64,000 nucleotides of DNA from Spirochaetia bacterium (GTDB taxonomy: Bacteria; Spirochaetota; Spirochaetia; CADAEX01). The stretch lies in contig JAZURI010000010.1 in assembly GCA_045606105.1 (NCBI GenBank), positions 1 through 64,000 on the forward strand, given 5' to 3'. Shown here piece by piece: positions 19,197-28,486 of this stretch. Positions within the stretch are counted from its first letter, which is position 1. Each line of letters starts with the position of its first letter. A program made the translations under genes and the position numbers. A model generated the notes under the pieces. The model was not told the origin of the DNA. It made no database searches and saw only the letters and a list, made by a program, of their open reading frames with translations.

Positions 19197-20145
19197 TGTC
19201 ATCAACAGGATTAAGACCAAGCTCAGCTGCAATAACAGGAACACCCTCTTTTTCGAAAGTTCCCGCAATTTTCTGCTGCATATCCTGATCCTTGACCAGG
19301 GCTACCATATAGCCGCCTCTTCCGCCGCCGGTAAGCTTGGCACCGTATGCACCCATCTTGATTGAGCGGTCGCAGAGCTCGATAAGCCTTTCGTGGCTCA
19401 TGTTAAGCTCGATAAGAAGCTGATGGTTTGCAGTCATGATTTCACCTACTGCCTCGTAGTCTCCGGCCTCAAGGGCAACACGGAGCATGTGGACCTGTTC
19501 TGCAGTCTTGTTGAGACGCTTGTAGAAGAAGGAGGCATCCTTTTTGATGAGAGCCTCGATTTCGGCATCCATGAGAGCTGTATCATAGGTAACGCCGCTG
19601 TTGGCAAGAACCACATAAACCGGCTTTGCAGGTCTGATTCTTTCGTACATTTTCTTTCCGTCGCGGATCTGATACATCATGATACCGCCGAAGGATGAAG
19701 CTGTATTGTCAACACCGCTTGGTTCTCCGTGATATGGGAACTCGCCCTGGTAACCGATGAAGTTCTGTTCAACGATATCCATTCCAAGCTTGAACTCATC
19801 ATTGCAGGCTCTTCCGAAGGATACGCTGATTGCAGCACTGGCTCCTACGCCGCTTCCTGCCAGAAGATCTCCCCCTACAGTAATCTTCAGCGGATTCTTC
19901 TTGTAATCAATGCCCATGTGCTCAAGCATTCTTTCATAGGAAAGACGGCATTTTGCCGCTTTTTTCTGAATATATCCCGGAACTTCTGTTCTGTTGTCTT
20001 CTATAATAAGATCTGAACCCTCAGGAAGGCGTTCAACCTTGGTTTCTGTTCTGAATGGAAGTGCTGAAACAATTGCAGGCACTCCGTTAAGTACAAACTG
20101 ATCTCCGATCAGAATATTTTTTCCGTATGCATATCCGATTCCCAT
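19174..20145 (-). CDS. GHMP kinase, mevalonate-kinase-like (variant N-terminal motif)
   Basis: GKNILIGDQFV, GSGVGASAA ATP loop, HGEPSGVD, GAKLTGGGRGG; ATG at 20145 lies 7 nt after GGAGG (ORF track uses TTG at 20151). Confidence 0.8.
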   Translation of the reverse strand: MGIGYAYGKNILIGDQFVLNGVPAIVSALPFRTETKVERLPEGSDLIIEDNRTEVPGYIQKKAAKCRLSYERMLEHMGIDYKKNPLKITVGGDLLAGSGVGASAAISVSFGRACNDEFKLGMDIVEQNFIGYQGEFPYHGEPSGVDNTASSFGGIMMYQIRDGKKMYERIRPAKPVYVVLANSGVTYDTALMDAEIEALIKKDASFFYKRLNKTAEQVHMLRVALEAGDYEAVGEIMTANHQLLIELNMSHERLIELCDRSIKMGAYGAKLTGGGRGGYMVALVKDQDMQQKIAGTFEKEGVPVIAAELGLNPVDDIDFRILK

Positions 20146-20160
20146 TTTCAATCCTCCGAT

Positions 20161-21390
20161 TTATTTATTCATAAGTTTTTTCAGAACCCTTTCGGATTCC
20201 TCGATAAGTTCTTTTTCCATACCCTGCTTTATTGTGGTGGCAGCCGCAACCCTGTGACAGGCATCGGCAAATCCGCCCAGATTGAGGGTAGCCTCAGGCA
20301 GGAATGCATTGAGACCCGGCAGCTCCTCTTCAAAAATCCGTTTGGTAACCTCTGCGGATGTTCTCATGGAAATCTTGGTCTCACCCATTTTAACGGGACC
20401 CATTCCCGGTATTTCATCAGGAATCTGCTGGTAGCCGGCCAGATATCTGTTTCTGTCCACCAGTCCGCTGTCTGCCAGCTCCTCAAGGAAAAGACCTATC
20501 ATCTTCACTCCCATGGGACTGAAACGATCCTTCACATCGAACCAGACAATATGCTCTGTTTCCTGATATTCACCATTTTTTATCCTTTCAAGCTCTGCGG
20601 AAAATTTCTCATCCTTCAGCCTTGAAAGCTGCTCAATTTTTTCCTCGTCAGCCTCGTCATACCCTTCCAGAAGAAGCTTGATTCCCAGTTCCGGACCTCC
20701 GCCGTAGAAGCCGGCACCGCCGATGATGTCAAGCATGTTGTAGAGCTCAACCACATCGAACTCCTTCTTTCCCAGCCTGATGAAGAATTTTTCTTCCGTA
20801 CCGGTTCCCTCTGTCCTCATTGTACCCTGCTCACAGGCCTTTTCCAGGGTCTTCCTGTTCTCGCCGTGAACCAGATTGTCCAGATAGTAGAAATCGGCAA
20901 TTCCTCCCAGAGCCGCAATGTGGGCCATATCCAGGTTTTCATCGCTGATCATGCATGCAAAGTACCAGCAGACAACAGATGCGGAAATGTCCCGGTCTCC
21001 CTTCAGTCCGTAAAGGTCGGGATCCAGGTTTATTACAGATTTTGATTCCGATTTTTCAGCCTTGTGATGGTCAAGGATAACCACCAGGTTCCGGTCCTTG
21101 TTGAGCTCCCCGATCATAGGGGCAATCTTTCCGGCAAAATCGGCAAATACGATAATCTTTCCGCTGTTTTCGGAAAAGATTTTTTTCAGCACCTTCGGAT
21201 ATGGCTTTTCCAGGGAATAACGCTTTATGCCGTATCCCTTCCTGTCAAAGGCATTGCAGAGAATGGCCCCCGATGTCAGTCCGTCGGTATCGTTGTGATG
21301 GAGAAGTATGATTTCTGCGGAAGGATATTCCCTTACAGTCGCAACTCCCCTCTTCAGATCGTAAAAATATTTTTCAAGTACTTCCTTCAT
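20161..21390 (-). CDS. DHH family phosphoesterase with DHHA1-like C-terminus
   Basis: HHNDTDG, FAD, ILDHH, DISAS, GGIAD; C-terminal KISMR...ACHRVAAA. Confidence 0.82.
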   Translation of the reverse strand: MKEVLEKYFYDLKRGVATVREYPSAEIILLHHNDTDGLTSGAILCNAFDRKGYGIKRYSLEKPYPKVLKKIFSENSGKIIVFADFAGKIAPMIGELNKDRNLVVILDHHKAEKSESKSVINLDPDLYGLKGDRDISASVVCWYFACMISDENLDMAHIAALGGIADFYYLDNLVHGENRKTLEKACEQGTMRTEGTGTEEKFFIRLGKKEFDVVELYNMLDIIGGAGFYGGGPELGIKLLLEGYDEADEEKIEQLSRLKDEKFSAELERIKNGEYQETEHIVWFDVKDRFSPMGVKMIGLFLEELADSGLVDRNRYLAGYQQIPDEIPGMGPVKMGETKISMRTSAEVTKRIFEEELPGLNAFLPEATLNLGGFADACHRVAAATTIKQGMEKELIEESERVLKKLMNK

Positions 21391-21391
21391 G

Positions 21392-22249
21392 TCAGCCCTC
21401 TTTGTTCCTGTGAGAAATGATCAGATTCACTATTGCACATACCGATGTAACGAATATGAGCAGGAATGAAATGGCATTGATTACAGGTGTAGAGCCATCC
21501 CTTACCCTCATGAACAAGGCAACCGGGAGCGGATTCTCTGCTCCGGTAAGGAACAATGTGGTGTTGAAGTTTTCGAAGGAAAGGAGGAAAGAAAGGGCAA
21601 ATCCTCCCAGAATCGAAGGCCTCAGATATTTCAGCGTAATATGCCATATTACTTCAAAACGATTGGCACCCAGGTTGTAGGCTGCCTCCTCCAGGGTTCT
21701 GTCGAATTTCTTGAGACGGGCAGAAACCACCATGGCCACATAGGTTGCAATAAAGGAAAACTGTCCCAGTGCCACAAGCCAGAAGCCCGGACGGAGAAAT
21801 TCCAGATCCAGCCCCAGAGCCGAATCGAAAAAGTTTGCTACCGTATTGGTAAAGGAAAGAATGGAAATACCCAGGATTACCCCCGGAATAACGATAGGGG
21901 CAATCATGAGGAAATAAAGCAGGTTCTTGAAACGGAAGTTTTCCTGTTCGAAAAGGAACGCCGCACAGGTTCCCACCGCAGTGGAGAGAATGGATACGGC
22001 TATGGCCAGACGGAAGGAAACTCCCAGAGCCCTGAGATTGATATCATCATGGAAAATTCCCACCTTTTCACCGTTTCCGAAGAACCAGTCCAGTGTAAAA
22101 CCCTTCCACGGCAGGGACGGGAACATGGAGTTGTTGAAGGCAAGAATACATGTTACAAGCAGCGGAAGAAAAAGGAACACGAAATAAATTATGATGAAGC
22201 TTGTAAATGAGAATCTGTAGAATCTGGAATTAGGAAGAGATCTTATCAT
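21392..22249 (-). CDS. PotC-like ABC transporter permease
   Basis: EEAAYNLGA EAA loop; WKGFTLDWF; TPVINA. Confidence 0.88.
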   Translation of the reverse strand: MIRSLPNSRFYRFSFTSFIIIYFVFLFLPLLVTCILAFNNSMFPSLPWKGFTLDWFFGNGEKVGIFHDDINLRALGVSFRLAIAVSILSTAVGTCAAFLFEQENFRFKNLLYFLMIAPIVIPGVILGISILSFTNTVANFFDSALGLDLEFLRPGFWLVALGQFSFIATYVAMVVSARLKKFDRTLEEAAYNLGANRFEVIWHITLKYLRPSILGGFALSFLLSFENFNTTLFLTGAENPLPVALFMRVRDGSTPVINAISFLLIFVTSVCAIVNLIISHRNKEG

Positions 22250-23112
22250 TTTACAACCCCCTTCAGCTGCTGACCGGTTATCTTAAGTGCCAGCCAGATT
22301 ATGACGGACGACATTATAAGAAGAAGGAATCCGAAGGCCGAACCCATGTTCCAGTTGAAATAGAGGATAAACTGGTTGTAGATCTGCTGTGTGAACCAGA
22401 GGGAATTCTTTCCTCCCATGAGGTTCGGTGTGAGATAGCTTCCGAGCACCATCATGAATACTATGATACAGCCTGAAACAATACCCGGCATACAGTGCGG
22501 AATTATTATCTGTTTCCAGACCACGGCCTTTCCGGCACCCAGGTCATAGGCAGCCTCGATATAGGAATCGTCCAGGCTGTCCATAACGCCGATAATAGGA
22601 ACCACCATAAAAAGAACGGAGGTGTAGACAAGACCCATTATCATGGCCGCATCGTTGTACAGCATCTCTATAGGCTGATTCCACAGTCCCAGCTTTGCCA
22701 TGAAATGGTTTATGATACCGCTTTCACGGAGAATGATCATCCAGCCGTAAACCCTGATAAGCTCGCTTACCCAGAACGGAATAAGGATAAGGATGCTGAG
22801 GAAGCCTCTGGTCTTCATGCTTGCTATCTTGGTTATATAGAAAGCTACCGGAAGTCCTATCATCAGCACTATCATGGTAACAATAACGGAATACATGGCT
22901 GTTCTCAGGAAGGTATTCCAGTATATGGGCTCCTTGAAGAATTCCTTGTAGTTCTCCAGCGTAAAGCCAGGCTCATTGAGATAGGATGCCTTTGCAAAGG
23001 ACATTCTGAGCAGCTCCAGATGGGGCAGCACTATGAGCAGGAAAAGCCACAGGAAAACCGGGATAAAGAATACAAGAAAGCTCCAGCTTATTTTCTTAGA
23101 CCTCGTCATCAT
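22246..23112 (-). CDS. PotB-like ABC transporter permease
   Basis: IPFWVSELIRVYGW; IEAAYDLGA; NWNMGSA. Confidence 0.88.
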   Translation of the reverse strand: MMTRSKKISWSFLVFFIPVFLWLFLLIVLPHLELLRMSFAKASYLNEPGFTLENYKEFFKEPIYWNTFLRTAMYSVIVTMIVLMIGLPVAFYITKIASMKTRGFLSILILIPFWVSELIRVYGWMIILRESGIINHFMAKLGLWNQPIEMLYNDAAMIMGLVYTSVLFMVVPIIGVMDSLDDSYIEAAYDLGAGKAVVWKQIIIPHCMPGIVSGCIIVFMMVLGSYLTPNLMGGKNSLWFTQQIYNQFILYFNWNMGSAFGFLLLIMSSVIIWLALKITGQQLKGVVK

Positions 23113-24217
23113 AAACCTTGGCTCCAGTTTCCTTGAAACATACAGACAGGGCAGGATCCCAGCCTATAACAATATTGTCTCCCTTCTTGATATAGTCATA
23201 CTGACGGTTCTGAGGAAGGGCAACTATAAGCTCCTTTCCGCTGTCGGTTACTGTAAGAAGCTTTGAATTTCCGCCGTCAAACAGGACAGCCTTCACATAT
23301 ACTCCCAGACGGTTCATCTCTTCCTTCTCTGCAGGAGGATTGATGATAATGGCTTCCGGACGGGTATAAATTCCTACGGAATCTCCCGGAACACAGTCCT
23401 TTATATCCTTTACCTTGTATTTCATGCCGTTGTCATCCAGCATGAAGAAGCTTCCGCTTTCATCCTTGGCCAGCTTACCGGTGATCTTGTTGTTGTTTCC
23501 TACGAACATTGCGACAAAGGAGGATGAAGGATTGTTGTACAGGTTACTCGGGGTATCGATCTGCTCAAAGCGGCCCTGGTTCATTACAGCCACATAGTCG
23601 CTCATGACCATGGCTTCGGACTGGTCGTGGGTAATATAAACGAAAGTGGTTCCCACTTCGGACTGAAGCTTCTTCAGCTCCACCTTCATATGCTCCCTGA
23701 GTTTCAGGTCCAGGGCTCCGAGAGGCTCGTCCAGAAGCAGTACGGTCGGTTCAAGAACCAGGCACCTGGCAATGGCGATACGCTGCTTCTGTCCTCCGGA
23801 AAGCTGATGTATCTTCTTGTCGGCATAATCGGGAAGTCCGACTCTTTCCAGCATGTTATGCACTTTTTTCATGACCTCAGGGGTCTTTTCTCCTCTTCGT
23901 CTGAGACCGAATGCAATATTTTCCTTTACATCCATCATAGGAAAAAGTGCAAGATGTTGAAAAACAAGATTTACAGGCCTCTTGTTGGGAGGAACGTTGC
24001 TCATGTTCTTTCCCCTGATCTCAATGGAGCCTGCGGTTGGCTCAAAGAAACCGGCTATCATTCTGAGCAGGGTTGTTTTTCCACATCCTGACGGGCCGAG
24101 AATAGAAAAGAATTTTCCATCCTCAACATCAAAGCTGACATTATCTACTGCGGTGAAATTCCCGAAATTTTTAACAACATTTTTTACCGAAAGATCTATT
24201 TCCATCTGTTCATCCAC
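23096..24217 (-). CDS. PotA-like ABC transporter ATP-binding protein
   Basis: GPSGCGKTT, LSGGQKQR, LLLDEPLGALD, YITHDQ. Confidence 0.92.
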   Translation of the reverse strand: MDEQMEIDLSVKNVVKNFGNFTAVDNVSFDVEDGKFFSILGPSGCGKTTLLRMIAGFFEPTAGSIEIRGKNMSNVPPNKRPVNLVFQHLALFPMMDVKENIAFGLRRRGEKTPEVMKKVHNMLERVGLPDYADKKIHQLSGGQKQRIAIARCLVLEPTVLLLDEPLGALDLKLREHMKVELKKLQSEVGTTFVYITHDQSEAMVMSDYVAVMNQGRFEQIDTPSNLYNNPSSSFVAMFVGNNNKITGKLAKDESGSFFMLDDNGMKYKVKDIKDCVPGDSVGIYTRPEAIIINPPAEKEEMNRLGVYVKAVLFDGGNSKLLTVTDSGKELIVALPQNRQYDYIKKGDNIVIGWDPALSVCFKETGAKVYDDEV

Positions 24218-24223
24218 CTATTT

Positions 24224-24249
24224 AAAATAAGCCGGTCTGATGACCGGCT
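24224..24249 (-). terminator. stem-loop between the binding-protein and ATPase genes (mRNA stabiliser or partial terminator)
   Basis: Perfect 8-bp inverted repeat AGCCGGTC-TGAT-GACCGGCT followed on the minus strand by TATTTT. Confidence 0.6.
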
Positions 24250-24269
24250 CTGCTTTTTATCAAAGTAAC

Positions 24270-25364
24270 TTATTTAGCCGCTCTGATCTTATCAAGACAC
24301 TTTCCTTCCATCTCTTCGAGTCCGGCAGGAACTGTAGGATACCAGTTCATGTTTGCCATAACTTCAGGAGTGAAGCATCTTTCAAAGTTTGCTTTTGCTT
24401 CAGGTGAATAGAACTTTACAGCATCCTTTGATGCAGTACCGTAACCTTCGGCATTTGTGAATTCTGCAGCTTTTTCAGGCTGGAGAACAAAGTTGATCCA
24501 CTTGTATGCACCGTCAACATTTTCTGATTTTGAAGGAATGGAGAATGTGTCAACAAATGCCATTGAACCGCTTGCAGGTGCAACGTAGTCAATGTCCGGA
24601 TTTTCCTTGTAAAGCTTCCATGCTCCCTGTTCCCAACCCTTTGCAAGCCAGATTTCGCCTGTTCTCATACCTTCGAGAAGTGCATCTCCGTTTTCCCAGT
24701 AGTTCTTGAGAACCTTCTTTCCTTCGATAAGCTTTCCGGAAACGTCATCAAGCATTGCCTGGTATGCAGCTTTGTCATCGTAAAGAGCAAACGGATCGTA
24801 TCCGAGAGCAAATCCCATTGCACAGAGAATAGGTCTCTTGCATCTGTAGGAAACATGTCCTGCATACTTAGGATCCAGAAGGTCTGTATAATCCTTTGCA
24901 TCCGGAGCAAACTTCTTGTTTACGATAAGACCTGATGTTCCGAATACGTGAGGTACGGAATATGACTGACCCTTGAACTCTGTGTATTTCTTTGTTGCTG
25001 CAAGGATGTTCTGGTCAAGCTGAGCCTCGTTTACCTTTGAGTAATCGATAGGCTGATAGATTCCGAACTGTTCAACCATTGCCACAACTCTGTCCTGGGA
25101 AGGCTGAGCAAGGTCAAATCCGCCGCCGCGTGTAGCTCTGAGCTTGGAAATCATTTCCTCGTTTGAGCTGTATGTAACCTCTACCTTGATTCCGTAAAGT
25201 CTTTCAAACTCTGTGATCTGTGAATCCGGTGCATAACCTGTCCAGGAAAGAAGTCTGAGAACCTTGTTCTCTTCAGCTTCAGCTTTGCCTTCACCGTTTC
25301 CTGAAGCATAAACCATTGTGCCGCACATGATAAGTACTAAAAGTACCAACAAGCTTTTTTTCAT
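24270..25364 (-). CDS. PotD/PotF-like extracellular solute-binding protein
   Basis: Signal peptide; SWTGY, SSNEEMISKL, DLAQPS, FVDTFSIP, AYKWINF. Confidence 0.87.
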   Translation of the reverse strand: MKKSLLVLLVLIMCGTMVYASGNGEGKAEAEENKVLRLLSWTGYAPDSQITEFERLYGIKVEVTYSSNEEMISKLRATRGGGFDLAQPSQDRVVAMVEQFGIYQPIDYSKVNEAQLDQNILAATKKYTEFKGQSYSVPHVFGTSGLIVNKKFAPDAKDYTDLLDPKYAGHVSYRCKRPILCAMGFALGYDPFALYDDKAAYQAMLDDVSGKLIEGKKVLKNYWENGDALLEGMRTGEIWLAKGWEQGAWKLYKENPDIDYVAPASGSMAFVDTFSIPSKSENVDGAYKWINFVLQPEKAAEFTNAEGYGTASKDAVKFYSPEAKANFERCFTPEVMANMNWYPTVPAGLEEMEGKCLDKIRAAK

Positions 25365-25483
25365 AAATACTCCTCTAAATTAAATTAGGCATATATTTTT
25401 GTTATTATAAACTGTTTTTTTCCATATTAGCAACCAAAATTTTTTTATTTTCAATAATTAATAAATTATGTATAGTAATATTT

Positions 25484-26236
25484 ATGGAACGTTTCTCAAG
25501 AATAATAAGGCTGACCGGCGAGGAAAGCTGGAAAAAAATCAATAATTCATCGGTAACCATATTCGGGCTGGGAGCCGTGGGAGGCTGGGCCGCGGAGATG
25601 CTGGCCCGCAGCGGAGTGGCCTGTTTCAGGCTGGTGGATTTTGACAGGATTTCCGTAACCAACATCAACCGCCATGTCTGCGCCCTGGAATCCACAATGG
25701 GTCAACCCAAGGGAGAGGCTGTAAAGGCAAGGATACTGGATATAAATCCGGCGGCCCGGGTGGAGGTAATGCAGGAGTTTGCCGACAGAAGCAATTTTGC
25801 CGCCCTTCTTGACAACAATCCCGATATAGTGATAGATGCCATAGACTCCCTGGGACCGAAAATCGAGCTGCTGGATTACACCTATAAAAATTCCTTCAAC
25901 GTGATTTCATCCATGGGAGCCGCCCTGAAAACCGACCTGAATGCCATCCGTACCGGCGATCTTTTTGATACCACGGTATGCCCCCTGGCAAGAAACCTGA
26001 GAAAATATCTGAGAAGAAAAGGAATACAGCATGGAATACCTTGTGTCTACTCCGTGGAGGAGCCGGATAACGGAGGTCTCATTCCGCCGGACGAGGACAA
26101 CGAGGAGACCCTGAAAAGGGGGCGTCTGAGAAATTCCCTGGGAAGCTATCCCCATGTTACGGCCATGTTCGGAATAAGGATTGCAGATGAAGCAATCAAG
26201 GCTATAATAAAAAAAGTCCCTCAGAAAGGGACTTAA
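25484..26236 (+). CDS. tcdA: tRNA threonylcarbamoyladenosine dehydratase (ThiF/E1-like)
   Basis: GLGAVG, DFD-x4-TNINRH, IDAID, SSMGA, CPLA-x3-RK, VYSVE. Confidence 0.87.
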   Translation: MERFSRIIRLTGEESWKKINNSSVTIFGLGAVGGWAAEMLARSGVACFRLVDFDRISVTNINRHVCALESTMGQPKGEAVKARILDINPAARVEVMQEFADRSNFAALLDNNPDIVIDAIDSLGPKIELLDYTYKNSFNVISSMGAALKTDLNAIRTGDLFDTTVCPLARNLRKYLRRKGIQHGIPCVYSVEEPDNGGLIPPDEDNEETLKRGRLRNSLGSYPHVTAMFGIRIADEAIKAIIKKVPQKGT

Positions 26237-26239
26237 TGA

Positions 26240-26313
26240 TACACCCAAGAGGATTCGAACCTCTGACCTACGGCTTAGAAGGCAGTTGCTCTATCCAGCT
26301 GAGCTATGGGTGC
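26240..26313 (-). tRNA. tRNA-Arg(UCU), CCA not encoded
   Basis: GCACCCATAGCTCAGCTGGATAGAGCAACTGCCT-TCT-AAGCCGTAGGTCAGAGGTTCGAATCCTCTTGGGTGTA folds as a cloverleaf. Confidence 0.95.
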
Positions 26314-26324
26314 ATAACACAATT

Positions 26325-26353
26325 AATATATATTTCTAAAAATTTGTTGTCAA
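26325..26353 (-). promoter_or_regulatory. promoter of tRNA-Arg
   Basis: TTGACA (26348-26353), 17 nt, TATATT (26325-26330). Confidence 0.7.
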
Positions 26354-26369
26354 GTATCTATTGCACAAC

Positions 26370-27299
26370 TCAGTCAAATATTCCTGCAGAAAGATATCTT
26401 TCTCCCGAATCGGGAAGAATGACAACGATATTTTTATCCCCGGCCTCCTCCTCGGCCGCTATACAGGCTGCAGCCCAGAGTGCGGCACCGGATGAGATTC
26501 CGGCAAGGATTCCTTCGGTTCCGGCCAGCTCCTTGGCTGTCCTGAAGGCAGCTTCGGCCTCAATTCCCATTATCCTGTCAGGGAGGCTTGTATCCATCAG
26601 GGCCGGAATAAAGTTGGCTCCAATTCCCTGTAGCTTGTGAGGTGCGGCCCTTCCTCCTGCCAGTAGCGGTGAATCGGCCGGCTCCACAGCCACTATTTTC
26701 AGCTCCGGGTTCTTTTCCTTCAGAAAGCGGCCTGTTCCGGTAATTGTTCCTCCGGTTCCCACTCCGGCCACCAGATAATCGACCTTACCCTCTGCCGCCT
26801 CCCAGATTTCGGGTCCTGTGGTCCTGTAATGAGCATCCGCATTGGCCGGATTTACAAACTGCCCCGGAATAAAGGCTCCCGGAACAGAGGCTGCAAGCTC
26901 CTCTGCCTTTGCCACTGCTCCGGCCATCCCCTCGGAGCCCTTGGTCAGGACAAGCTCCGCACCGTAGGCCCTGAGAAGCTTCCGCCGCTCCTCGCTCATG
27001 GTTTCAGGCATGGTCAGGATAACCCGGTAACCCTTCAGGCCGCCTATCCATGCAAGTCCTATGCCGGTATTTCCGCTGGTCGGCTCTATAATTACGGAGC
27101 CCTTTTTCAGAAGCCCCTTTTCTTCCGCATCTGCTATCATGAACAGGGCTGCACGGTCCTTGGCGCTTCCGGCAGGGTTGAAGCCTTCTACCTTGGCCAG
27201 GATATTTCCTTTCAGCCCCATTTTTTTCTTATATGCACAAAGTTCCACCAGAGGGGTTTTCCCCACGGCCTCCATAAGGTTTTTCAGGATTTCAGACAC
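26370..27299 (-). CDS. cysK: cysteine synthase A (O-acetylserine sulfhydrylase)
   Basis: NPAGSAKDR (PLP Lys), EPTSGNTG, GVGTGGT, HKLQGIG, GISSGA, PDSGERYLS. Confidence 0.95.
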   Translation of the reverse strand: MSEILKNLMEAVGKTPLVELCAYKKKMGLKGNILAKVEGFNPAGSAKDRAALFMIADAEEKGLLKKGSVIIEPTSGNTGIGLAWIGGLKGYRVILTMPETMSEERRKLLRAYGAELVLTKGSEGMAGAVAKAEELAASVPGAFIPGQFVNPANADAHYRTTGPEIWEAAEGKVDYLVAGVGTGGTITGTGRFLKEKNPELKIVAVEPADSPLLAGGRAAPHKLQGIGANFIPALMDTSLPDRIMGIEAEAAFRTAKELAGTEGILAGISSGAALWAAACIAAEEEAGDKNIVVILPDSGERYLSAGIFD

Positions 27300-28476
27300 T
27301 TTCGGCCCCCTTGATTTTTTTCAGTGTAAAGATTGCCAGCAGGATAAACGGAATTATTGCCAGTGCGATTCCGGTAAAGTTTCCCGTTGCCGCATAGATG
27401 GTATAACCTAAAAACGGACCTGTGGCGCTTCCCATATCCAGACAGGTGGAAATACGGTTAAGAAAAACCGCCTGCTCCTCCGGCTTTGCATAAGACCCTG
27501 CAAAGGACATTCTTATGATACCGGCGGCAGATCCCACAAAAAGCTGCAGTATGAAAATGAAAAGGACTATGTACCACTGCCTGAAAAGTGCCAGTACAGC
27601 CAGCATGAAGATATCCAGGCAGAAAACAATTATATAGGATTTTTTTCTTCCGATCCTGTCAAAAATAACCCCGATTACAGGCCCCAGAAGCTGTACCACC
27701 TGCCCCGCCACGCTGAAAAGGGCTGCAAAGGTGGCTGCACCGATGGCAAAGCCGGAGCCCGGAAGAATATAGTCAACTATGGCTCTTCCCTTGATTGCGG
27801 TATACATGGTTCCGATTGTGGCTATTACCAGGCTGACAAAACCGATCTGGATAAGGACCTTGGGATTGCTGAGCCTGATTCCCTTTTTCCTGTCTGGCTG
27901 TACCGCCCCGCCGGCCATGGTTCCGATGCCCATGAGATCGGCCTTTCCTCCCTTGAAGAAAAACAGGCAGGAGGCTGTGATTGCAGCCATGACCACAGGA
28001 ACCAGCATAACGGGAATCACATCCGCAAGAACGCCGGCCACCATTGTCATGACACCGTATACCAATGCCTTTATGGTTTCGTACCAAGCCATGAACTTGC
28101 TGAGATTTTCCTTGGTGGAATAACGGAGAGTGGCAATATACCCCTCGATACGGAGCAGGGAGAAGCATCCGCCCCAGAGTATCCTGAGGAAGAGGAGCCA
28201 CCAGAAGCCGAGGGGCACCGCATAGCACAGGGTAATGAGAGACGATATTATTACACCGGCCACAAGAGGACGGTCCGACTGGAAACGATTGACCACCAGG
28301 GTCGATATCTCGTTGGTCAGAAGCCGTACAAATCGGTTTACCGAAAGAAGGATTCCGATCTGGAATATGGTGATTCCGAAGCTTTCAGGGGTAACGGGGA
28401 GAATGCAGTAGATCATGGCATCCCCGGCCATTCCCGTTCCTACGATAAACGATATGATAAAGAACTTTTTCGACAT
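27292..28476 (-). CDS. MFS transporter
   Basis: About 12 hydrophobic segments; MFS-like loop G-x3-DRIGRK. Confidence 0.8.
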   Translation of the reverse strand: MSKKFFIISFIVGTGMAGDAMIYCILPVTPESFGITIFQIGILLSVNRFVRLLTNEISTLVVNRFQSDRPLVAGVIISSLITLCYAVPLGFWWLLFLRILWGGCFSLLRIEGYIATLRYSTKENLSKFMAWYETIKALVYGVMTMVAGVLADVIPVMLVPVVMAAITASCLFFFKGGKADLMGIGTMAGGAVQPDRKKGIRLSNPKVLIQIGFVSLVIATIGTMYTAIKGRAIVDYILPGSGFAIGAATFAALFSVAGQVVQLLGPVIGVIFDRIGRKKSYIIVFCLDIFMLAVLALFRQWYIVLFIFILQLFVGSAAGIIRMSFAGSYAKPEEQAVFLNRISTCLDMGSATGPFLGYTIYAATGNFTGIALAIIPFILLAIFTLKKIKGAESV

Positions 28477-28486
28477 AGCCCCTGCC

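Noticed and set aside
26236-26640. 134-aa plus-strand ORF beginning MIHPRGFEPLTYGLEG
   Set aside because: It is the translated antisense of tRNA-Arg and the cysK 3' end
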